A stretch of DNA of 62,740 nucleotides, counting the filler, from Choristocarpus tenellus KU-1152 (Eukaryota > Protista > Phaeophyceae): the NCBI GenBank assembly GCA_964200185.2. It is 8 parts of 8 records of this genome, joined end to end, with 100 filler letters (N's around TTAATTAATTAA, not from the genome) between each part and the next. Parts side by side here need not be neighbours in the genome. Positions count along the whole stretch, not along the records: positions 51,272 to 54,717 come from CAXNAD020019972.1; positions 54,818 to 58,475 come from CAXNAD020018677.1; positions 58,576 to 62,740 come from CAXNAD020015891.1; 5 more parts are not named here. One strand, written 5' to 3'. The position numbers were made by a program, and so were the translations under genes. The notes under the pieces were generated by a model. The model saw nothing but the letters and a program-made list of their open reading frames with translations, was not told the origin of the DNA and did no database searches. This document shows, piece after piece, positions 53,561 through 62,740 of the stretch (position 1 is its first letter; each line of letters begins with the position of its first letter).

Positions 53561-54690
53561 TGGTTTGATTACATCCCGATGGGTAGGGTTGAGTTAGGGT
53601 GAGGAAGATCGACCATGGCACTGGCACTGAATTTGGGCATGACGCATGTCGATTTAAGGTTGGCATGGAGTGCAGATGGGCTCAGTGTAAGGGTCAGGGT
53701 AAAGTTTATGGTTAGTGTTGTTGAGCGGGGGAGGCGATCCAGGCCATTCGTTGAGTTCATTTTTCGTGTTTCGGGTAGGCTCAGGGCTAGTGTTGTGATT
53801 AGGAGTATCATACGACGTGGGCTTACGGGAGTGTTCTTTGAAGATTTAGAGGTTAGGCTTAGATCGACCCTCATTTGTCGAAACCTAGGCAAAGCATGAG
53901 ATATATTTTAATTGCTGCGGGTTTATAGGTGTAATGAATTGACAGGGTTAGGAAAAGAGTTGGATAACAGATGGTCCGCTGTAGGAGAAGTTGGGGTTGG
54001 CGGCTTGGATATAGAGTTTGTGTCGGGGTTATGTACCACAAAGAAGTAATTATGTGATAATGGTTTGATCCTACGCCATGCATCGCAGTGGGGGGTTATG
54101 ATCGATCCCTCTCTATAGTGTGGTAGAGAGTGATTTTGAAGTGAAGAAGTGTTGACGTAAGCTTGAAGGGCGAGATTTGCAAGCTTGGATTATATACTAT
54201 CTCAAGGTTTGTTCAGGCCAATTTGGAGGTTAGGAAGGTGAACCCAAATATTGAACCAAACCATATTTTTGGTAAGTGTTCATGGGTATGAGGAAGCGTT
54301 GGGTTCACCAGAGGGACATAGTCGGGAAAGGATGATGTACGGTTAGTTTTGATATGGTGCATGGAGTAGTGAGAAGGATTGGGGAGGTAGGTGGGGCTAG
54401 AGGAAAATTAGTGACTGGTAAGAAGGTAAGGTGTCCAATGCAGACTCTACCCTCTAAGAAACTTTAGCTCCGAATCAGAAACAAGTAATGTAACCTGTAC
54501 TTCAGGAAAAATATGAAACGAACAAGGCTCTATTTAATTGGTGGGGGGATTGAAATTGGGTTAGGTCACCCTTCTCCCACCACTCTACAAGTTTAGGGTA
54601 GGCCTCGGTTAGTTGGTGCCACAGGTTCAGTCGCATGGAATACCTCTCGTTCCACAGTTCTGGCTTCACCAGACTCATGAAGATGACTTT

Positions 54691-54717
54691 GACCCAAAGT
54701 ATCTGGGAGGGGGGGGG
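54691..54717. mobile_element. MITE B terminus at contig end
   Basis: GACCCAAAGTATCT-polyG. Confidence 0.75.
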
Positions 54718-54817
54718 NNNNNNNNNNNNNNNNNNNNNNNNNNNNNNNNNNNNNNNNNNNNTTAATTAATTAANNNNNNNNNNNNNNNNNNNNNNNNNNN
54801 NNNNNNNNNNNNNNNNN
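54718..54817. other. Artificial contig linker
   Basis: 44N-TTAATTAATTAA-44N. Confidence 0.98.
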
Positions 54818-55528
54818 AATAGTACTTCAATTACTTAATTGTCCCCTGTTCCGCATGAAATAGCTGTATGTGATTAAAAATTATCCCCCCCCCCCCCCCT
54901 CGACACAAGTATTTTGGATTGTTTTACTGAGACTTTGGGTGATCAACATCCCCACCGGAGATGATTATCTGGGATATCAATGCAGTTTGTTAAGAGGGGT
55001 ATGGCAGTATCTCAATTTTAGAGTGTGAGTCATGTTTGTCTATACTTGGTAAAATCACTGCCACCTACCCTCAATGCATATATATATATATTATGTATGT
55101 GTGTGTGTATCCAACAGATGTAAGTTCTTAGATGTACGTTCTTCAATACTGTCGCCGTAACTAATAGTGCTTTGCATTGAATGGTTGGATATAGCATGTG
55201 GCACTGACAATACCTTTGTATGATACAGTGAGGTGGAGATGTGTATTGCCTCAATTAGAATAGGAGTGGCATTTTGTTTCTTGTAGTTGGTAGAAGGATG
55301 TGAAGGATGTGAAATGTGTCAAGTATTGCGGTCATGAGAGTTTACTTCAGTGTGTGAAGCAAGGTTGATTTGATGGGCACTCACTGCTTCTTGAATATGT
55401 GTTAGGTGCGTTAGGAGCCATCCATCGCTCTGTTTATCATTTATTTTTTGTCCACTTTGATGCTATGCATGCACAGTAAGCATGATTAGTAGGGTTACCG
55501 ATGAATCCTTCCCAACACTTGTTTGCAG

Positions 55529-55672
55529 GTGCTCATGCTCAGCCAGGGTGCATCTAAGGTTAATGTGGGACTTGTTGTGAGGGAGGCTGACTTGGATGTG
55601 GCTGTTCGATCCCTGCACACACACTTTTTCGAGGGGGAAGGCTCCAACAATAACTGTAAACCTTTAGAGTGA
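55529..55672 (+). CDS. Aspartate kinase, last exon (C-terminal ACT domain)
   Basis: tttgcag|VLMLSQGASKVNVGLVVREADLDVAVRSLHTHFFEG...LE* matches the MISQGASxxN...LHxxFF signature of Lys-sensitive aspartokinases. Confidence 0.88.
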   Translation: MLMLSQGASKVNVGLVVREADLDVAVRSLHTHFFEGEGSNNNCKPLE

Positions 55673-58407
55673 GATATCTATTATCACTCCCTTCATTAGT
55701 CAACTACATGTTCCAATGTTCTCATGAGTCAGGCCAATACGGCTATTACAACTTCTTCAATGGACCAGCAGCACACGTTGTAAGCCTTTAGCTATTTATA
55801 GTAAGAGAGAATGTTCAGGTTCTCAGTGTGCTGGATAAATGCGATATGAAGAAAAAACTCGTTGGTATGCATCTTGTGCATGACTGATGTGATCACGCAT
55901 GATCTCACTTAGCTTGAGTGTCCCGCACAAGGTAGTCCTGATTAGATTATGTTTTGCAACCCTCTGGAGAACTTGAGGTGTTGTTCCTACCATGAAGCTT
56001 TGATGGCATTCTTCAAAGTATTTGGTTTATTGCTGCTAGGCCGTCTGTCCCAAGTTCCTTAGGTCACATATTCACGTTTATGAATATTAGGGGAATGCAT
56101 GTTTTGCGTCCCCTACGGTTTTTTGGTGTTAGAGTGATGTTGAACGTGAAATATGTTTTTTTTTTAATGCAAACTCAACATTTGATGACCAGGCAGAGAT
56201 TCTGGATTGCGATATTTGTAAGGTATTTAGCTCTCTTAAAAGTGAAACGGGTTGGATATTTTCTGTTGTAAGGGGCTCGCGTTACTGGCATAGTATCATG
56301 TGTGCGTGTATACATGCATTCCTAGTTGCATGTTGAGGACGTTGGAGAGAAGAATATGATCATCTACCAGTGCTAGAATCAAGTTGATTTGTTGCGTGCA
56401 AATGATTGTCATCCTTTGCCTCCCTCTTCCTGGATGTGGTCTGCATTCTTAACTTCCTAGTAGTAGCAGCAGGTACAATAGTGAGGGTGATGGTATTAAT
56501 TACTAACAGCTTAGGATGTTGCTATTGTAAGGACAGGGGGCTTTGAGAAAGGGGTTGTGAACTACTGCTGTCATACGCAAAGTGTTCACACTGTGAGGCG
56601 AAGGCATTAACAGATGAGGTACATTGTTGCTCTGTGTGGTGAAATGATAGGCAGGAAATAGGTTAGTCACCAAATACAGATGTCTTTTGAGTTTTTTTTT
56701 GCTTGCAAAAAAAGGCATAGTCCTATACATTAAGGATACTATAGAGCAGTGAGAGTGGGATGCAGACCCCCATTCTCCAATGTGCAGTTTGCACCATCAA
56801 ACTGCCTGGAGTACTCGGATTTATGTGCAGCATAGTTAGTAGTATGGCAACCATTTCTTGCTTGTCACACCGGCCTCAATTTGATGGCCAGACTATCAGT
56901 AAACCATGATAGGCAATGAAATACCCTACCCCATGTTATTGTGGAATTGATGGCACCTGGTGGAGTATCAGCGATTGCATCCAACCCTGAGCTCTTCTGT
57001 ATGCTAACACACTTTTATCTGCTCGAGTCATTGACACAGGTGTGATGTGTTCGCTGCAAGCAAATATATATACCATTTATACAACCTAAGTAAACCGTAT
57101 TTTATTATATGCAATTGCTCGCACCAGATGCTAATCACCTCTTTTGGCAGCAACATATTTTGCATGATGGTCCTGGAGACATGCAACAACAGGCCTTTGT
57201 ATATTGGTGCGTTCTACATCTGTCCAATCCTATTTCATGGGTACCAGTGTATCATAAGAAATACATAATTGCAGTCATTGGGTAGGAGTCAAATGGATAA
57301 TATTAGAGGGACCCGAGCTTTGAATGGATCTCCACTTAGTTCTGGTGGTGTAAACCCATACACTCCACACTTTACTTCAGAGTGCTATTTTTTTGCTGTC
57401 CTAGCAATATGAGGTGTGGACTCTAATAACGTACTGCCTGACACTTTGAAAAGTATCCGGTCTCCATTCTCCAACCCCGGATCTTGATCATATAAGGTTG
57501 GTCACTTCGAAACACCAAAAACGAAATACACTTGCATATGGTGTGTCGAATTGCCTTCTTCAATTGTTGGGTACTTCAGGAATTCGAAACACATGCTGCC
57601 CATGATGCGCACATTGTTGTTATCACATGTCACGATGGCACTTGGGTTCTTTTACATGTAACATGGTACATAATCCCTTTGTCGCTATCCTTTACACACT
57701 TAAGCACCATGTGCACTATTGTGTATTATGTTTAATTTGATCGAGACATTCACTACACAGTTCGGTTGACACCCTCTCTTAGCCATCTATCTACGCAGCA
57801 TTTTGTGCAAGCAATCAATCCGCCATAAAAAAATGTTAATAGTAAATAATGGGATTAGTGTAAACCTCTGTCATCACTTCCCCTCTTATTCGTGACATGT
57901 CACATAATTTCCATATTATCCAATGCCACCGCCTCATCACTTTCATCACTCTCCTTCATTCTTTGCATTGGGTCACGACTTACATCCCTGAACACTACAA
58001 CGTATTGCATTATCATTACATAGCATGCTCACCTCAATTTCCACCCTTGCTTCCTTGCATGAAGATACAAAATCTGAAAAAAAAATGGAGACATATTTTC
58101 ATGCATTATTGCTGCATGTTGCCCAAGTCGTCAAAGTAACATATACTGCCAGAGTGCAGTAGGGAAGGTTGGCAATGCTCTTCCTTCAGCACACTATCAA
58201 AGACTCATATTGCTCGAACCAACTCAGAGGTATCCAGGGTTGCATTCAAGGATAATGAGAAAGGCCAGAAAGATGACACTTAGCACACTTTGAGAAAGAG
58301 CCTTAGTTTAATTGTGGTGTCACTTTGTGTGTGGAAAGGGGGAATTCCATTTTGCGAACACTATTATGCACATAAGCAATGAAATAGAGCGTATTGCACA
58401 GGGTAAG

Positions 58408-58475
58408 AACAGCCGATTTCAAAAATTGAGGATGGAGCTTTTCATTGAGGATGGGCTTGACCCAAAATTGACTGG
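58408..58475. repeat. Dispersed repeat family D end, cut by contig end
   Basis: Similar to 14583-14650. Confidence 0.65.
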
Positions 58476-58575
58476 NNNNNNNNNNNNNNNNNNNNNNNNN
58501 NNNNNNNNNNNNNNNNNNNTTAATTAATTAANNNNNNNNNNNNNNNNNNNNNNNNNNNNNNNNNNNNNNNNNNNN
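58476..58575. other. Artificial contig linker
   Basis: 44N-TTAATTAATTAA-44N. Confidence 0.98.
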
Positions 58576-58703
58576 AAAAAGAAATAAAATATCCTAAACG
58601 TAATAATACTATAAAACATTGTAAGTGTGGAAACCACGAATCAGTTACTTCACCACTATCAAATATTGTACTATTATAGTTCCCGTGAACCCGTGCAGGA
58701 TAA

Positions 58704-58862
58704 ATGGAACCACAGGAGGAGAGCGTGAGGAATGAGAGTCGGCTTTTATTGACGATCAAAGGACGTGCTACCCTGCCAGGTATCTCTATTATTGTACCCC
58801 TGCAGGAAAACATGGAACCACAGGAGGAGAGCGTAAGGAATGAGAGTATTTAGAGATACCTG
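58704..58862. repeat. 36-bp direct repeat pair with a 12-bp inverted repeat around the second copy
   Basis: 58704-58739 vs 58812-58847 (1 mismatch); CAGGTATCTCTA 58777-58788 / TAGAGATACCTG 58851-58862. Confidence 0.85.
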
Positions 58863-59189
58863 CTGATTCTGTTTCCCCAGAATAAGTAACGATAAAGCAT
58901 AAATGTGGCGGTATGATATCTAAAGGCTTGTTGTCTAGGTCGAGAAACACTAGACAAACCGTAAAACCTAGTACACAACTTCACAATAGCTCATGGTTAG
59001 CAAACAAAGATTACCACAAGCAGGACATGTAACAACTGTTGCATCTGCTATTTCTTGCTCCTTACAACCTCTTTTGGCCTTGAATGAAAAATAATTTCAA
59101 CCTCAAAGGTGTTGTTCCACTTTTTCATACTGCTGGCACACATTAGCCATCCAACATTGTTCTAACTCCCCTCACCTGCTGAATGTTTC

Positions 59190-61470
59190 ATCTTGCTGTG
59201 TGTGAATTCCTGGGTACGCAAATAATAAACCTCTAATGAACATTATTGTTGATACTGCCACTGACATTCCAGTAATTTCACTTGGACAAATTCAGGCCCA
59301 CCCAACTGTTTGCAAGACACCCATTCAGGAGATTCCAGCAGGCGCTCTGAATTTAAAACGGGGCGGGTGGTAGACCTCTATCTGCTCATGGTTTCATTTA
59401 AATTGCACTACGACTTGGTGACATATCAATTCCGGTCCAAGAAGCTGTCATGCCTAACTTGGGAGTAGATAAAAATTTATGGGATGACAGCATCATGTCA
59501 GCTTTTAGGGCAGTGCAAGATTGGGATAAGGAGGAATTGCTGTTTATGGACAGTGATACATGCATTCCAGCAACTCACAAAATTAAGCCACTTTTCATCT
59601 GTTGTTCCCCCCAAGTCTTGTCAGACCGAGAATCCATCCCCTCATATTTCAATTCTAGTTATCACATCTGAATTCACTACACTAGTGCATAGAGTAAAAT
59701 ATATATACCTCCCCCCTGGCACGGAAACGCCCATTCCAGTTTGTTATCAGACTCTCAGAGGAACACCTACTGATGCAGGGGTGGAACCTATCATTCATAC
59801 TGTCACAGACCTTCAGCAAGAAGATGACACGCATCCCCACTGACAAGAAATTATGATCACTTGAATCCTCACTGTTTGGGAGGGAGATGGAGGATGTTTC
59901 GTCAAGAAAACAATTTTTCTCAAAAAGAGGTCAAGCTACCAGCCAAATTTGTAGTTGGTCATATCTCCCCTGTGTCAACCACACATTGCCTTTCAGATAT
60001 TACCACACAGCTTCCGTATTCTGAACAAGAGGAATTATTAGATATTGTGGCTAAATGCACACACCAGTCTTTTCATTATCTGAAAATTAATTAGGTTGTT
60101 GCACCACTACTTCTGTTGACTTTCCACTACAACCAGGCACTAAACCGGTTAGTAGGCCAGCGTATCACGCAGCACCAAAAATTACGCAACACCATTTGTC
60201 AACGCAGAACTGATACGGAAAAACAGGGCATTGCAAAACCCTCATCTAGCCCATAGGCATCCCCTGTTACCATTGGTGCAAAACCTGATGGATCTCCTCT
60301 GTTCTGCGTGGATTTTAGAGGAACCACTAATAAATATTTGATACGGAGCTCATCACCTTTGCTATCCATTGACAAGTGTTTATCCACCTTGAGGGTTCAA
60401 AATATTTATTTTGTATTTTGTCTAGATTGCCAATCAGCCTATTAGTAACTACCGATAACTGAGGAATTCAAAAGGTTAAAAACTGCATTCATCACACCAG
60501 ATGGGAAATATGAATTTCAGAAGTTACCATTATTGGAGTACAAAATGCATCATGATCTTCCACGCTTTATGTCTGCAACGTTTCTACAAACAGTCCTAGC
60601 TCTGAGTCATTGGTATATTTAGATGATATTGTTTTGGCCTCTCCCTCTAGGGTACACCATAAACAGTGAATCACTACAGTACTGACCCAAAGTATCTAGG
60701 GGGGGGGGGTCTACACCAGGGTGTCCATTTTGGGCGTGACCAGGAAAAATGCACTTACATTATCCATCCGACGTATGCAACTAAATTACACAAAAAGTAG
60801 CGACATGAATAAAACTGACCCCAAATGGACAGCCGCCACCCCTCTCCCGAGATACTTTGAGCCACTGTCAACGTTACAGACTGTAGGGGTAATGTTAAAG
60901 CCATCCAAGGTTCAATATGGCTCAAAGCAAATCCAATGTTTTAACATGACGTTAGTCCACAAAGAATAGCTGTATCACAACCTCGTATCGAAGCTTGGGG
61001 AAATGTTTCTCCCTCAAACTGTGAAAGGCTTACAATCTTTCTTAGGATTTGAACTTTGTCAGGAAGTACATTCCTCACCTAGCAACAGCAACAGAACCGT
61101 TAGCCGCTTTGATTCGCCATTCACAACAGGTAGGTCCAAAAAGAGATCACACCACCCCAAAGAAATAAAAAAATGATAAAAGTGATATCTCATCTAGATG
61201 GAATCGACCACAGCAAATTGCTTTTGATAAGTAGGAACGACCTTTAACCATGACTCCAGCTCTACACTTTCCTGATTTTTCAAAGGAATATTTTGTACAT
61301 GTAGATGCCAGCAATTTTGGGACAGGGGCGTTTTTGGCTCGTTAAAATGAAGATGTCAATTTTGATATAATTGCATAGAATAGTTCCTTACTTTCCCCCT
61401 CTCAAAGGAAATATTCTGACACACAAAAAGAGTGCCTTATAGTGTGGGCCAGTGATGTATGGCGCAAACG
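59190..61470 (+). mobile_element. Decayed Ty3/Gypsy LTR retrotransposon pol (protease-RT-RNase H)
   Basis: Frameshifted motifs in Gypsy order: IIVDTA (protease-like), KPDGSPLFCVDFR, LDCQSAY, KTAFITPDGKYEF, LVYLDDI, LKPSK, VHVDASNFGTGA, SQRKYSDTQKECL. Confidence 0.88.
60684..60863 (-). mobile_element. MITE family B copy inside Gypsy RT
   Basis: GACCCAAAGTATCT-polyG ... AGATACTTTGAGCC; TSD ACT/ACT. Confidence 0.9.
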
Positions 61471-62689
61471 TGCTAACTACCTGAATGTGCAGAGATGACT
61501 GCAGCCTATGGGGACGAGAACAAGTTGTACTTCCCTAATGTAAGAGCCACTGACCTAGCGGCTTGTCATAAAAGAATGACTCCTGCCACTGCAACAGCGG
61601 GAGAACTTGAATGACTGCCAACCGGCCGTCCACCTACAAGCAATCAAGCCTCCTCTGATACTCGTGATAACCCTTCTTGTGGACCGGAATGTGCGATGAT
61701 TGCCTCTATACTAGTGGGTTGCCAGCTTCATGAGTCACCACCAGGTTCCACAAATAGGGAAGATATTTCTTTTTCACTACCAAGATTACGGCAGCGACGC
61801 CGATAAATTCTTGAAGACCATACCATGGCTCAGTCCAGGTGGTATTTTAACCTTATCTATCAGTCGACTCGGAACTCATGTGGTAGAAATATAGATCTTG
61901 TCCGTAGATACAGGCACTCAGATCTCCGGGGGCATGTAAGAGATAGGCAGGTCCACGCGATTTTTCTCACATCGTTTTCCACCCATTAACACAGTTTGTT
62001 TTTCTTGGACTAGAGTGTGACCTAGGGCTGGTCACCACTAGTGTTTCATCTTTTCATTTTTTTCCCCTGAGTAGATTCAAAGAGGACGCTTTTTTTCTTC
62101 GAAAGGGCCTGTCCAACATGAAGTGCTGGCCAGCCACTTTTGTGATCGTGTCGGATGGAATCCACACTGGGGGGGGGGGTAATGTCAGGGACAGGTTGCC
62201 ATTTAGGATCTCCCTAACTGATGAGGATAATATGTGCAGTCATATACATTTGCGCGAGCCACCTTTTGCCATTGAGACCAACCCAAGTGATGTGGTGTGG
62301 GTCAGACGCACAACTGACTCACGGTATCCCTGACATGATCGATGTATTCAATCCAGGAAAACCCGAGATTGTGTTTTCGGTTCTGACTGTTCACAACCAA
62401 TCACATTTGAGATTGATCCTCATGGCACTCTGAGGCTATCATAATATGCCAAGCATGCCTCAGTCTCATCTTTCACTTCCTTTCTGGACCTCATCTCTGG
62501 TGGTTCTCATCACCCCCCATCACACAGAAACAGGCCCCACAACAGTAGTACTACTATTAGAAATAGTCAAATTGGGCCCACTTTTCGAGAAGCAGGTTAT
62601 ACCTTTCAAAACTTGGAAATTCGAGGTCGTTCTATTATCCAAGTCGGAACAAAATCACCATTTCTGCGGAGGTTTCTTTTTGGCGAAAA

Positions 62690-62740
62690 GGGTCAAAATA
62701 TCTGGGGGGGGGGGGGGGGGGGGTTTGGGGGGGGGACGGG
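62690..62740. mobile_element. MITE B-type terminus at window end
   Basis: GGGTCAAAATATCT-polyG. Confidence 0.7.

Noticed and set aside
52618-54470. Single composite element from a B-type left end to the A-type end at 54440-54470
   Set aside because: Flanks ATT and CGA do not form a TSD, and there is no credible transposase ORF inside.
24620-55672. Metabolic gene cluster of ACC, eIF3h and aspartate kinase
   Set aside because: ACC, eIF3h and aspartate kinase lie on different contigs joined by artificial linkers.
58704-58847. 36-bp direct repeats as a CRISPR array
   Set aside because: Only two copies, a 72-bp spacer, no cas genes and a eukaryotic context.

Overview
Intron-rich eukaryotic DNA. 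Exon/intron style, RTE- and CRE-type retroelement relics and TTAGGG repeats suggest a stramenopile such as a brown alga (inference only). The window is not one locus: it is eight contigs joined by seven artificial 100-bp linkers (44N-TTAATTAATTAA-44N). Hand-spliced genes: an unrecognised multi-exon + strand gene (~1.4-14.0 kb), three 3' exons of acetyl-CoA carboxylase, the first three exons of eIF3h head-to-head with an unknown first exon, 23 exons of a giant Cys-repeat (GCC2/GCC3-like) membrane protein including one GC-AG intron, and the last exon of aspartate kinase. There is also a tRNA-Ser(CGA) with two lesions, plus decayed RTE LINE, CRE-like (RLE) and Ty3/Gypsy relics. The best candidate for an undescribed system is a pair of abundant non-autonomous DNA-transposon (MITE) families. 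They have different interiors but share the terminal core AAAGTATCT, 3-bp TSDs of variable sequence and an asymmetrically spaced internal GTCCATTT motif; one nested copy has an A-type body with a B-type end. A second candidate is a 30-bp-stem intronic hairpin (8399-8566) that looks like a miRNA precursor. All calls were made by eye without database searches.
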